A stretch of DNA of 50,059 nucleotides. It comes from a virus (lineage: Duplodnaviria > Caudoviricetes). Of this stretch, positions 17,581 to 28,172 are shown piece after piece. The stretch is from positions 1 to 50,059 of the IMG/VR virus record IMGVR_UViG_3300011416_000002; one strand, written 5' to 3'. Below the pieces are notes generated by a model. It searched no databases. It was not told the DNA's origin and worked only from the letters and a program-made list of their open reading frames with translations. A program made the translations under genes and the position numbers. The first letter of the stretch is position 1. The number at the start of each line of letters is the position of its first letter.

Positions 17581-17796
17581 ATGAGATGGTCTCCTAAAGA
17601 GGCTCCGGTCGCCCGGTTCGCGCTGAAGCTCCTTGCCCGTGAGCGACCCGAGGTCGCCAAGGTTGTTGAGGAGTGGGCCATGGAACAAGGATTGTCCTTG
17701 GTGCCGGGGTCGGCCCCCGTCGCTAAGGGGAAGAAGCGCCGGACCCGTGTGTTCGGCGTAGGAAAGGAAAAGAAGAATGTTCAACCCGTTCGGTAA
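17581..17796 (+). CDS. hypothetical protein
   Basis: fills gap between neighbours in operon orientation. Confidence 0.5.
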   Translation: MRWSPKEAPVARFALKLLARERPEVAKVVEEWAMEQGLSLVPGSAPVAKGKKRRTRVFGVGKEKKNVQPVR

Positions 17797-18184
17797 CCCG
17801 CCCGATACCAGCATCCCTGACAAGATGTGCCCGCACTGGAGGGGACCGTGCCGGAAGCACTGCCCCACCTGCATGTTCTGGCGCCCAGTGGAACAGAAGG
17901 ACAAGAAGAGGCCGCCCCTCGAACCCGGCAACATGGTCTATGATTGCGCTCTCGGCTGGCACACCACCCTTGGTGTCGCTCAGCTTGGCCGCCTCGATGG
18001 GGTACAAGCCGCCATGGAGCAGACCCGGAACATGCTGGCCAACTCCATAAAGCGGACCAGTGCCCTTATTGGAGCTGTTGCTGGGGTCCGGGAACAGCTA
18101 GACGCAGCCAAACCGCCCCAGCGTCTGACCGCCGATGAGGGTCCGGCGCTTCTGGAGCATGACGATGAAAGCCAGCAGCGCTAG
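17777..18184 (+). CDS. Cys-rich conserved protein beside tail fibre (possible assembly chaperone)
   Basis: CP..C..C..C..W...DCA..W..QAAME..RN pattern; AAGGA SD. Confidence 0.6.
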   Translation: MFNPFGNPPDTSIPDKMCPHWRGPCRKHCPTCMFWRPVEQKDKKRPPLEPGNMVYDCALGWHTTLGVAQLGRLDGVQAAMEQTRNMLANSIKRTSALIGAVAGVREQLDAAKPPQRLTADEGPALLEHDDESQQR

Positions 18185-20678
18185 TACCGCCATTCTCAAC
18201 CCTAATCTGGGCCTCTATCTGGGGATCGACCCCCTGATGGTGCCGGCTACCGGCCTGCTTGCGGGCGAGAACTTCCGTGTGAAGAACGGCAAGCTCTCGA
18301 ACATCAACCTCGGCTGGGTCGCCTACAGCGCTATCGCCTTTGTGGACCCCATCACGCTGATCGACACCTTCTTCATCCGGGGTGTTGCTGAGAAGAACAT
18401 CGTCGCCACCACCCGTAACCTCTATGAGTGGGACGCTGAAGCCGATACCGCGCTCTATCTGAATGCCCGCTACGCCACAGGCACCGTCCAAGCAGGTGGC
18501 GGCAACGATGCGTTCACTAAGGTGTTGCTCACTTGCGATGGCAGCGACCTTGGTACGACCTTCACCGACAGTAACGCTGGTGGTTCCGCTCACACATGGA
18601 CCGCTGCCGGCAATGCGCACACCGATACCGCCGAGAAGAAGTTCGGAACCGCTTCCGCTCTGCTTGATGGTACCGGCGACTATGTATCGACGCCGGATCA
18701 CGCGGATTTCTCCCTAGGCAGCGGTGCATGGACAATCGATCTATGGTTCAACTGCACTGCGCCGACTGGAACTAATCGGGCTCTCGGCGGCCAGGGCGAT
18801 GTTGCGGTCACAGCGGCCACCACGGCGTGGTCATTGTTCCGCACCACGGCCGATAAAATCCGCGTCAATGTCTACGTTGGCGGTGTGGCATCGCAGATCG
18901 ACAGCACGTCTACGTTTACTGACGCGGTCAACACCGGCTGGCACCATGTCGCCGTTGTGCGCACAGGCGACATCCTTCGGATGTTCATCGACGGCGTCCA
19001 GGAGGGTGGCGACGTTGCTATCACAGGCACCGTCAACAACGCGACAGACGTTCTGGCTATCGGCGCTCTCGGCGCCTACGTCGCAGAGGTGTGGTTGGGC
19101 TGGATAGACGAGTTCCGCATCTCCGTCGGCATCGCCCGCTGGACCGCCGCTTTTGAGCCGCCTGGTTTCGCGGCCACCACCGCCGCTCTCGATATCGTCC
19201 TCGCCAACAGCGGCACTCCCGCTTGGCAAACCAATGATATCGCCGCAGGGGACTTCATCAACTTCACGTCCGCCACTCAGCGGTCCCTCTCTGCCACCTG
19301 GTACGAGATTGAGAGCGTCGATAGTGAGAGCCAGCTCACTCTGACCAGCGCTGTTCCCACTCCTATCGCTGGAACCGTCTACACCATCCGCCGCGCCTTC
19401 ACCGGGAACCTCTACGACATCTGGGACAGCGAAGTCTTCGTGAACCCGGATGACGGCACTGGGGACGACCTATGGTTCGCCACGAACGGCGTCGATTACG
19501 TGGTCTCTTGGGACGGCTCTGCCACCCAGGTGACGATCCAGAGTGCCCTTGACTTCACCTGCAAGCGGCTCTCGGTCTACAAGAACATGATGATCTACGC
19601 CAACATCACCCAAGCTGGTGAAGTGTTGCCGTCCTCGATCATCAATAGCGATGTGGGTCAGCCGCTCGATGTCTCGCTGGGGCTCGCCTCACAGTTCCGC
19701 ATCCATGATGGTGTCGATCACATCCATGAGATTGAGGACCTAGGCGATAACCTCATCATCTACAGCGAGCGCCATGTGACCGTTGCGCAGTTCGTCGGAG
19801 ACCCCCTGGTGTTCGTCTTCAGGGATGCCGCTTCCGGCATCGGCACTCTTGCAACCCGTGTCGTAGCCGACTTCGGGGACTACCATGAGTTCCTCGGCTG
19901 GGACAGCCAGTATCTATTCGACGGCGTCTCGGTCACAGAGGTCGGCAAGCAAGTATGGCGCGAGGTACTTCGCACTCGTGACGCCACCCGCCAACAGATG
20001 TGCTTCAACCACTTCAACGAGGAACAGGGCGAACTCATGTGGGGAGTGGCGCTCTCTTCCGACACCGGCGCCGGCTCCGACCTGGAGAGCCCGGTCGAGA
20101 CCGCCTACGTGGAACACTACCTGGAAGAGGTCGGGGACCGCACCCCCTCTCCTTTCAGCAAGCGGGACTTCCCCTTCACCTGCGAAGGCTACAGCGCGAC
20201 CACCTCGCTTACCACCTGGGACGAGCTTCTGGATGCGTGGGAGGACACCTTCCTCCGCTGGAACGACAGCTTCCTCTCCGCCGCGTTCCCGCTCTCCCTC
20301 ATGGGAACCTTCGGCGGTACCATCATGGTTATCAACACGGTGCAGACCGGCGCGGGAGCTGCTTTGCCCTCCTACGTGAGAACCGCTCGACGCGCCCTAG
20401 GAGACGGCCGCATGAGGGGCCTCCTTGCCCGCGTGTACCCGTTCGCGAGCCAGATTTCGCCTGGGACGCTAGACATAACGGTCCGCCTTTCCGACCATGC
20501 GTCCGGCCCGATCACAGACAGTGAGACCTTTGAGTTCGACACGGCGCTCTCCGAAGGCGCCCACTTCATCTCACCATTCCGTGCCGCCCGCTACTTCGAA
20601 CTCCAGCTAGGAACCGACGGTTCTGCCTGGGAGATCACCGGCTACGATATCGATACCCGCCCCGGAGGCCGTAGATGA
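18165..20678 (+). CDS. tail nozzle/stabilisation protein (P22 gp10-like) with inserted LamG domain
   Basis: size, position and beta-propeller-like segments; internal WTIDLW..WHHVAVVR..MFIDG..GWIDEFRIS LamG signature. Confidence 0.75.
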   Translation: MKASSASTAILNPNLGLYLGIDPLMVPATGLLAGENFRVKNGKLSNINLGWVAYSAIAFVDPITLIDTFFIRGVAEKNIVATTRNLYEWDAEADTALYLNARYATGTVQAGGGNDAFTKVLLTCDGSDLGTTFTDSNAGGSAHTWTAAGNAHTDTAEKKFGTASALLDGTGDYVSTPDHADFSLGSGAWTIDLWFNCTAPTGTNRALGGQGDVAVTAATTAWSLFRTTADKIRVNVYVGGVASQIDSTSTFTDAVNTGWHHVAVVRTGDILRMFIDGVQEGGDVAITGTVNNATDVLAIGALGAYVAEVWLGWIDEFRISVGIARWTAAFEPPGFAATTAALDIVLANSGTPAWQTNDIAAGDFINFTSATQRSLSATWYEIESVDSESQLTLTSAVPTPIAGTVYTIRRAFTGNLYDIWDSEVFVNPDDGTGDDLWFATNGVDYVVSWDGSATQVTIQSALDFTCKRLSVYKNMMIYANITQAGEVLPSSIINSDVGQPLDVSLGLASQFRIHDGVDHIHEIEDLGDNLIIYSERHVTVAQFVGDPLVFVFRDAASGIGTLATRVVADFGDYHEFLGWDSQYLFDGVSVTEVGKQVWREVLRTRDATRQQMCFNHFNEEQGELMWGVALSSDTGAGSDLESPVETAYVEHYLEEVGDRTPSPFSKRDFPFTCEGYSATTSLTTWDELLDAWEDTFLRWNDSFLSAAFPLSLMGTFGGTIMVINTVQTGAGAALPSYVRTARRALGDGRMRGLLARVYPFASQISPGTLDITVRLSDHASGPITDSETFEFDTALSEGAHFISPFRAARYFELQLGTDGSAWEITGYDIDTRPGGRR

Positions 20679-20875
20679 GCCTCCGCGAAATGTCGCCTTC
20701 AGCCCGCCTTAAGGCCGCTAAAGCTGCCTTCGGCCGACGCCATGGAGCCTCCCCCGAAACGCGGGAGAAGATCGCGGCTGCCGAAAGTAAGATGGAATGG
20801 CGGGGCCAATGCCGGAAGTGCAAGACCCCCTTGAAAGGGCTCCTCAGCGAACTGAAGGAGCACCGCTGTGGTTGA
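20675..20875 (+). CDS. small basic protein with CxxC..HxC
   Basis: ATGA coupling; SPETREKIAAA (NUMOD3-like) and CRKC..HRC. Confidence 0.55.
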   Translation: MSLREMSPSARLKAAKAAFGRRHGASPETREKIAAAESKMEWRGQCRKCKTPLKGLLSELKEHRCG

Positions 20876-22556
20876 TAAAATCCAGGAGACCCCATCCTTC
20901 GGACAACGCGCCACCAACTGGGAGGACACCCATGATGGGCTGATCCGGACCCTCTACTACATGCTTACCAGCGCGTTCCACCGGCTTAACAACGTCCTCC
21001 CGGAGGACGGCTCCGAGGATATGGCGGCCCCGCTCCCCCTCCAGGAAGTCGCCACCGCCGACCTGCCATCTGCTGCCCTTTGGGAAGGTGGCCTCGTCTA
21101 TGATACGACCCGCAATCGGGTTCTCTACAGCGACGGCTCCACCTGGCTCAGCCCCGGCTCCCAACCGTGGCTCTATGCCGCTGACTACGGTGTGGACGCT
21201 TCTAACAGCGCCGCCACCAACACCACCGCTATGAATGCTTGCCTAACCGCTGCCGCCGCCCTCGGTGGAGCCCGGATTTACATGCCCCGTGGCCAGCTAA
21301 ACTTCAATGCGTGGGACACGATCACCACGAATGCTATCGAAATACATGGCATGGGGGACTACTCCGGTGGCACCGAACTCCGCTTCGCCCACGCCACAGG
21401 GGACAGCATAACCCTATCGACGAGCGGTCATCAGTGCTTGAAGGACCTCTTCATCTCATCTTCGGTCTACAAAACCTCTGGATACGCCATCAAGATTACC
21501 GGTGGCGCATTCTCACCCCGCATTGAGAACGTCCGCATTGACTACCACCACAACGGCATCTGGGTTCACGACACCGCTGAGCCTTACATCCGGCGTATCA
21601 GGATGCGATACATGCACGGTACGCAGGGCATCTATGTCGGTGGAACCAGCTCTTCGGACGCCGTTTTCGGCTGCACAATCGACTACTTCAACGCCGATAA
21701 TCCCTACCCGCTGACCTATGGCACCTTCAAGACGTGGGCCATTTCCACCGCTTTCTCTCTGAATGACATCATCCAGAACAACGGGAACATCTATCAGTGC
21801 TCCACAGCCGGCACCTCCTCCGGCGCTGGAACAGGCCCCTCCGGCATCCCTGGCAGCGGAACCCCCGACGCGGCTTTCACGACCACCATCACCGATGGAA
21901 CCGCTGTGTGGAAGTTCGTCGCGTCCGGTTCCCTCGCTTGGTACATCCAGGACAATTACGCATATTCTTGCGCATGCAACGATAGCGCCCTCCTGAACGG
22001 CGGCTACGGCGTCCGGATGATCGATACCGCCGCTACCGGCACCTCCTACCCCACCTGGCTCAATAGCACCAACCTGGAGCTGGACCACAACCTCAACATG
22101 GGAGCTGACCTCGCAGCCGGTGAAGGCTTCTTCGCACAGGGCTTCTGGCAGGGCTCTTGCATCGCTGGCTCCGGGGTTACCATCGGAGCCTCTTTCCGGG
22201 GTGAAACCACCATCGGTATGGGGTCCCGCATCCTCGGTAACTACACCCACGGCGTCCTGGTACAGGCTGGCCCCGTCGCAACCAATATCTCCGACAGCGT
22301 CATTGCCCTCAATGGGCAGGCCGCTGCTGCCACCTACAACAACATCTCACTGGCCGATAACGCCGCTCGTGTCTGCATCTCGGATAACTTCATCGGATAT
22401 GCCGCTTCCGGCTCCGGACAGGCAGCCTATGGGGTCTACGGTGGGGCTGGTGTCGCCCGCATCATCGTCACAGGGAACGACCTCGGGGGGAACGCCACCG
22501 GTGGGACCAACCTTGCTACCGGTGGCACTCTCATCATCGAGCACAACAATGTCTAG
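20868..22556 (+). CDS. tailspike / right-handed beta-helix polysaccharide-binding protein
   Basis: AADYG..NTTAMN..GGARIYMPRG pectate-lyase-3 start; repeated beta-helix rungs. Confidence 0.8.
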   Translation: MVDKIQETPSFGQRATNWEDTHDGLIRTLYYMLTSAFHRLNNVLPEDGSEDMAAPLPLQEVATADLPSAALWEGGLVYDTTRNRVLYSDGSTWLSPGSQPWLYAADYGVDASNSAATNTTAMNACLTAAAALGGARIYMPRGQLNFNAWDTITTNAIEIHGMGDYSGGTELRFAHATGDSITLSTSGHQCLKDLFISSSVYKTSGYAIKITGGAFSPRIENVRIDYHHNGIWVHDTAEPYIRRIRMRYMHGTQGIYVGGTSSSDAVFGCTIDYFNADNPYPLTYGTFKTWAISTAFSLNDIIQNNGNIYQCSTAGTSSGAGTGPSGIPGSGTPDAAFTTTITDGTAVWKFVASGSLAWYIQDNYAYSCACNDSALLNGGYGVRMIDTAATGTSYPTWLNSTNLELDHNLNMGADLAAGEGFFAQGFWQGSCIAGSGVTIGASFRGETTIGMGSRILGNYTHGVLVQAGPVATNISDSVIALNGQAAAATYNNISLADNAARVCISDNFIGYAASGSGQAAYGVYGGAGVARIIVTGNDLGGNATGGTNLATGGTLIIEHNNV

Positions 22557-22932
22557 GCTCCGTAGCCGTTACAACTCCAAGATGTGGCCAGTCCTGATCG
22601 GCTTAACCGACCGGGACGATGGCACCGTTTGGTATCTGTCCACCGAGACCGTGGATGACGAAATCTATATCTCCATCGACACGGAGCGGCCGTTCAGCAA
22701 CCCCACCAAGCATGTCATATACGAGGCCCATGCCGGTCCCATTGTGAACGGCCTTCGCCCCCTGAGGCTCCTCGTCCGTGGAGGATACCTTGGCTTTGAG
22801 ATTGTGGACCGGCCCATCGACATCGACACCCCCCGTATTTACGCTCATATTGGTCCTCCTGCGGGCCGCTCTGAGATCATCCCGGCCGGCTGGTCTATGC
22901 CCGAAGACACCATAGGGTACAGGACGCCATGA
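22549..22932 (+). CDS. hypothetical tail-associated protein
   Basis: ATG overlapping upstream gene end; ATGA coupling to the long fibre. Confidence 0.65.
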   Translation: MSRLRSRYNSKMWPVLIGLTDRDDGTVWYLSTETVDDEIYISIDTERPFSNPTKHVIYEAHAGPIVNGLRPLRLLVRGGYLGFEIVDRPIDIDTPRIYAHIGPPAGRSEIIPAGWSMPEDTIGYRTP

Positions 22933-25900
22933 CCGAATATCTGTTTGCCCGGATCGGGGACATCGACGCTTTCGAAGCTAGCCTCGCGGATCACATCGCT
23001 GATCCGACCGCCGCGCATGCCGCCTCCGCTATATCGGTCACCCCCTCTGGAACTCTGGCCGCTACCGATGTAGCCGCCGCCCTCACTGAAATCCTAGGCG
23101 ATATCGAGACCCACGTTGCCGATGCCTCAGCCGCTCATGCGGCCTCCGCTATCTCCTTCGCGGCTACCGGTTCTATTGCCGCCACCGACGTGCAGACCGC
23201 TATCGCTGAAGTCGCGACCGATTACCTGGCTGCGATATCGGCACTTTCTACCGTTTACCAACCCCTGGACGCGGACCTCACGTCCTGGGCCGCCATCACC
23301 CGAGCTGCCGGCTTCGACACCTTCGTGGCGACCCCGTCCCTGGCGAACCTCGGCTCCCTGCTGACGGACGAAGCGGCCGGCCTTATCACCTTCATGACCA
23401 CCCCGTCCAGCGCCAACCTAGCTACGCTGGTCACCGACGAGACCGGCTCCGGCTTGCTGGTCTTCGCAACCGCGCCGACCCTCACGTCCGTTGTTATCAC
23501 ATCGAACGCCGCCAACTTCCCCAATGGCTGGGGGAACACCCTCAAGCTCACCGCCGCCGACTACCCAGCTATCTGGTTCAACGGTGTCGATCAGGATATC
23601 GGTGTCGTCTATGCCTTCGACAGCTCCACCAACATTTTCTGGCTAGAGGAAGTCACAGCCGGCGCCACCGTCGGGAACGAGTTATTCTGGGACTTCAACA
23701 ACGAGACCTTCTTCACCGGCGACAGCACATGGGACCTCGGCAAGGACATCAAGCCGTGGGATCGGCTCTATGTAAACTCTATTGAGCTTGGCCATGCCAC
23801 CGCGAATACTCTCACCGCTTCCGGCGGAACGCTTTCGATTGAGGGTGTCGCACTTGCCACCGCCGCCTCCGTCTCTGACCACCTTGCCGACGCGACGGAT
23901 GCCCACGATGCATCTGCCATCTCGGTTGCTCCCTCAGGAACTCTAGCCGCTGACGATGTCCAGGAAGCGCTCCTGGAAATCCTCGGGGACATCGAGACCC
24001 ACGTCGCAGATGGAACCGCCGCTCATGCCGCCTCTGCCATCTCGTTCGCCCCTAACGGCTCCATCGCGGCAACCGATGTCCAGTCTGCTATCGTCGAAGT
24101 CCGTGACGAGGCACAGCCGCTCGATGCCGACCTCACCGCTATCGCCGCTCTTACCACCACCGCCTATGGCCGCTCCCTGCTGGAGCTGGCTGATGAGACA
24201 GCTCTTGAGGCGCTTCTCGACACGCTGCCGAACCTCGTCTCAGTCCAGGGACGCACCGTCACCCTTGCTGATGCAGGCGCCAATGCGTTCTTCGGATGGG
24301 ATGACGTTGCAGGGGCATACGAGAACCTAACCGCCGCTGAAGCCCTCGCGATCATCCTGACCGTTGATGGGGCTGGCTCTGGCCTAGACGCTGATCTCCT
24401 CGACGGACAATCGAGCGCCTTCTATGCCACCGCCACGTCGGTATCGGATCACCTTGCCGACGCCGTGGACGCCCATGACGCTTCCGCCATCTCCTCGGTG
24501 GCAGCCGGTAATCTATCGTCTACCGATGTCCAATCGGCGCTGAACGAACTCGACACTGAGAAGCAGCCCCTTGATGCGGACCTCACCGCCATCGCTGCCC
24601 TAACCACCACTGCTTACGGCCGCAGCCTCCTGGAACTGGCGGATGAAACCGCCCTTGAAGCCCTTCTGGATACGCTCCCCAACCTCGTCTCGATCCAGGG
24701 CCTCACCGTAACCTTGGCTGATGCCGGAGCCGACGCTTTCTTCGGTTGGGACGATAGTGCCGGTGCCTATGAGAACCTAACCGCTTCCGAGGCCCTGGAG
24801 ATCATCAAGACTGTCGATGGCGCCGGTAGTGGGCTGGATGCCGACCTGCTCGACGGCAAAACGACGGGCACCTCTGGGAACACGGTCCCTCTCCTCGATG
24901 GCGCCAACACCTGGAGCGCCCTACAGACCTTCACAGCCGGCATCGTGATGACCGGTACGCTGGGTCTCAACATCGCGGTCACCGCCGCTTCTATCGCCTC
25001 GGACCCGGCCTCTGGCTACTTCGGCACCTTTGAAGCCTTCTCTGGGACGAAAATCCAGCTCACCCAGTCCGAGGTCCAGGCAGCCGACGAAAGCGGCGGC
25101 TGGCGCTCCGCCCTCTCCCTGTATCATCAGGATAGCGACGCCACCGACTACGAAGCGATTGCTTACCGCACCATCTCCGATGGCATGAGGGTCGGCGTCT
25201 TCGGCCCCAACGATGGGCTCGGCACCTACTCGACCTCCTCTAAGGATTTCCACGGCGTTACCAGCCAGGTTATCGCTCGCACCGATTGGACCACCCGTGG
25301 TGTCGCCTCCTTCGCCGGTGACAGCGTCCAGTTCGGAGAGGGTGTCTGCCTCAACGAAGTGACGATGTCGAACCCGTCCGGTAGCAGTGCCCAAGCCTCC
25401 CAGATCGCTGGCTGGCTAATCACACTGAGCGGTAAACAGGCCGCCGCCGATGCATCGCACACGGTCCACGGTCTTACGATCATCAACGTCGGCAAGAAGG
25501 CTACCACCGTCCTTGAAGCTTATTCGGCTGGCACTGACGGCGACAATGGCCAGTTCGGCTACGTCCTCAAGCTCGACAATGCCACCGTCGATACCGGCGC
25601 GATCCTTATGCCGGCTTCCGCCGCCACCGACGTTGGAACCCGGATCATCTATGAGACCGGCTCATGGTCTGCCTATGACCGCACCGGGAACGCCTTCACC
25701 TGGGCGCTCGGCTCCGCCAACGTCATAGCGCTGGACGGCGCGACGTTCTTCCCCGCTGGAGATGGTGGCGCTTCGCTCGGCTATGCAACGCTCGCCTGGC
25801 AGAACCTCCATCTGAACACTGGCGGCACCATCAACTGGGAGAACGGTGATGTCGTCATTACCCACTCCTCGAATACCCTTGCCTTCTCAGGCGCCTCCTC

Positions 25901-28139
25901 AGGCTACACCTTCACCCACGCGATCCTCCCGTCCGCTTCAGATGGAGCCGCCATCGGTTCCGCGACCCTCATGTGGTCGGACGCCTTCCTCGCCTCTGGC
26001 GCGGTTATCAACTTCAACAATGGGAACGTCACCCTTACGCACTCGGCGGCCCGGCTCGACTTCACCGGCGCCTCGGTTATGTCCCAAGCTACCAGCGGGA
26101 CTTTCCCGATCTTCATCCTGGAGCGGACCGACACCCATGGCGATGCCGCTGTAGTCGGCTCCCTCCAATTCTACGGCCGTGACAGCGCCGCCGCATCGCA
26201 GTTCTACGCCAGCTTCTATGCCTCCGCAGTCCTCGATAACGCTACCGCAGAAGAGGCGTCGTTCAGTTGGTTCGCCGTAAAGGCAGGTTCCGGCATCGCT
26301 TACATGGACCTCACGGGGACCGCCCTGTCCCCCGGCAGTTCCGACCTATTGGCGCTCGGCACTACGTCCCTGATGTGGTCCGATGCGTTCTTCGCCAGCG
26401 GCGCCGTGTTGAACTTCAATAACGGCAACTCCGTCATCACCCACTCCGCCGCAGTGCTCACCGTCTCCACGGGCGACCTCCGGGTCACCACCGCTGGCAC
26501 CAATGCCGCTTCCGTCGTCACTGTGGGTGGAACTCAGACCCTTACCGCGAAGACCCTCACCTCTCCGACGATCATCACCTCGCCCACGGCTGCCGGCGCT
26601 ACTTGGACCGATCTCGGCACCGTCACAACCGCTGATATCAACGGCGGCACCATCGATGGGACCGTTATCGGAGGCGCCTCTGCCGCCGCCATCACCGGCA
26701 CCACGATTACGGTCAACACCAACCTTGTACCGGACGCTAACGACGGTGCCGGTCTCGGTCTCGCCGCAACCGCGTTCTCAGACCTGTTCCTAGCGTCTGG
26801 AGCGGTCATCGGGTTCAACAACGGGGATGTTACCCTCACGCATGCCGCTAACCTGCTCATCTTCGACGGTGGCACGATCATCACCACCCATACGGCCGCT
26901 TCTTCGGCCTACCATGCGGCCGGCATCACCCCGATTGTCCAGATCAGTGGCACGGACATCAACAACTCGTCTCTCGGCCTAGCCCGCTACAGTGCCGACG
27001 CCAATGGCACCTACATCGCCTTCGGCAAATCGCGCCATGCTACGAACGGCTCCCACACCATCGTCCAGAGCGGCGATGTCATCGCGACCCTGTCGTTCGG
27101 CGGCTCCAACGGGACCGCCTTCGATGCAGCGGCCTATATCATCGCTTCCATCGGGGACACGCCCGGCGCCTCCGCCGATATGCCCGGCCAGCTATCGTTC
27201 TACACAAGCTCCAATGCTTCGGCCACGCCGACTGAGCGCATGCGCATCACGTCGGCCAACCAGATCATGTTGCTCGACACCAGTCTCTACTTCACAGTCT
27301 CGGGCGACGTGCCGCTTCTCAACTTCGACGGCAACGACTATTGGGCGTTTGACCGCTCCGACAATGCTTGGACGTGGATACTCGCCGGCAACAACCTCCT
27401 GGCCCTCTCAGCGACCGGCGTCAACATCAACGCAAGCCAGGTAGCGACGGCCAACAACTGGCTCAAGGTCGATCAGGGAGCGGCTCTCACCGTCGGGACC
27501 AACACCACCTACGCCTTCGCCATCGTGCAAACCGGTACCCACGTCTACACAGTGGGCTCCGGCGGCGGCCACACCTACGAGCAGTCATGGAACGCCCAGC
27601 CCTTCCATATCAACAATCAGGGGAACGACCTGTTCCTTGCAGAGGGCGCGGATGGCGTCCAGTGCGGCGCTCCCACCGGTGGCGACAAGGGCAACGGCAC
27701 TGTGAACGCCAAGGCCGTCTATGACGACAATACGCTTCTGACCTGCATACCGGTTCAGAAAGAGTTCCTGGATAACGGCACCATCGACAAAGCCTACTGG
27801 AACAGTAAGACCCCGGATGCCCCAAAGAAGTTCGATGAGGACAAGAAGGAGCTTCCCGCCGAGCCCATGGAGCATCCTTCCATCGCCATCATGGAGGACC
27901 TCATGGCGGCCGGCTATGACCCCCGGAACCCCACCAAATACTGCGACTACCTCTATGAGCACAACTCCCTGCCAGGCATGCCCACCCGCGCCAACTGGGT
28001 CCACAACGAGCTGTCACAGGGCCAGGTCATGACCCGCCTGTGGCTGGCCGCAGAGCTGCTCGCCGTATCGTACCGGACTTCCCACCAGGAGATGGAAACC
28101 CTGAAAAATGAGGTTGCGCTCCTGAAGGCCAAAGGTTAA
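22929..28139 (+). CDS. long repetitive tail fibre (1736 aa), possible C-terminal chaperone domain
   Basis: AHAASAIS, LDADLTAIA, GSGLDADLLDG, TQTLTAKTLTSP, TERMRITS fibre motifs; C-terminal coiled coil. Confidence 0.85.
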   Translation: MTEYLFARIGDIDAFEASLADHIADPTAAHAASAISVTPSGTLAATDVAAALTEILGDIETHVADASAAHAASAISFAATGSIAATDVQTAIAEVATDYLAAISALSTVYQPLDADLTSWAAITRAAGFDTFVATPSLANLGSLLTDEAAGLITFMTTPSSANLATLVTDETGSGLLVFATAPTLTSVVITSNAANFPNGWGNTLKLTAADYPAIWFNGVDQDIGVVYAFDSSTNIFWLEEVTAGATVGNELFWDFNNETFFTGDSTWDLGKDIKPWDRLYVNSIELGHATANTLTASGGTLSIEGVALATAASVSDHLADATDAHDASAISVAPSGTLAADDVQEALLEILGDIETHVADGTAAHAASAISFAPNGSIAATDVQSAIVEVRDEAQPLDADLTAIAALTTTAYGRSLLELADETALEALLDTLPNLVSVQGRTVTLADAGANAFFGWDDVAGAYENLTAAEALAIILTVDGAGSGLDADLLDGQSSAFYATATSVSDHLADAVDAHDASAISSVAAGNLSSTDVQSALNELDTEKQPLDADLTAIAALTTTAYGRSLLELADETALEALLDTLPNLVSIQGLTVTLADAGADAFFGWDDSAGAYENLTASEALEIIKTVDGAGSGLDADLLDGKTTGTSGNTVPLLDGANTWSALQTFTAGIVMTGTLGLNIAVTAASIASDPASGYFGTFEAFSGTKIQLTQSEVQAADESGGWRSALSLYHQDSDATDYEAIAYRTISDGMRVGVFGPNDGLGTYSTSSKDFHGVTSQVIARTDWTTRGVASFAGDSVQFGEGVCLNEVTMSNPSGSSAQASQIAGWLITLSGKQAAADASHTVHGLTIINVGKKATTVLEAYSAGTDGDNGQFGYVLKLDNATVDTGAILMPASAATDVGTRIIYETGSWSAYDRTGNAFTWALGSANVIALDGATFFPAGDGGASLGYATLAWQNLHLNTGGTINWENGDVVITHSSNTLAFSGASSGYTFTHAILPSASDGAAIGSATLMWSDAFLASGAVINFNNGNVTLTHSAARLDFTGASVMSQATSGTFPIFILERTDTHGDAAVVGSLQFYGRDSAAASQFYASFYASAVLDNATAEEASFSWFAVKAGSGIAYMDLTGTALSPGSSDLLALGTTSLMWSDAFFASGAVLNFNNGNSVITHSAAVLTVSTGDLRVTTAGTNAASVVTVGGTQTLTAKTLTSPTIITSPTAAGATWTDLGTVTTADINGGTIDGTVIGGASAAAITGTTITVNTNLVPDANDGAGLGLAATAFSDLFLASGAVIGFNNGDVTLTHAANLLIFDGGTIITTHTAASSAYHAAGITPIVQISGTDINNSSLGLARYSADANGTYIAFGKSRHATNGSHTIVQSGDVIATLSFGGSNGTAFDAAAYIIASIGDTPGASADMPGQLSFYTSSNASATPTERMRITSANQIMLLDTSLYFTVSGDVPLLNFDGNDYWAFDRSDNAWTWILAGNNLLALSATGVNINASQVATANNWLKVDQGAALTVGTNTTYAFAIVQTGTHVYTVGSGGGHTYEQSWNAQPFHINNQGNDLFLAEGADGVQCGAPTGGDKGNGTVNAKAVYDDNTLLTCIPVQKEFLDNGTIDKAYWNSKTPDAPKKFDEDKKELPAEPMEHPSIAIMEDLMAAGYDPRNPTKYCDYLYEHNSLPGMPTRANWVHNELSQGQVMTRLWLAAELLAVSYRTSHQEMETLKNEVALLKAKG
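24114..24857 (+). repeat. intragenic ~98-codon duplication (24114-24407 / 24564-24857)
   Basis: QPLDADLTAIAALTTTAYGRSLLELADETALEALLDTLPNLVS...GSGLDADLLDG occurs twice, 450 nt apart. Confidence 0.9.
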
Positions 28140-28172
28140 GTTCCCCCTCCTCAACCAAGACAGGGAACCAAC

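Noticed and set aside
24114-24857. Diversity-generating retroelement TR/VR pair
   Set aside because: Differences are mostly synonymous rather than adenine-specific, both copies are in-frame mid-gene, and no reverse transcriptase is present
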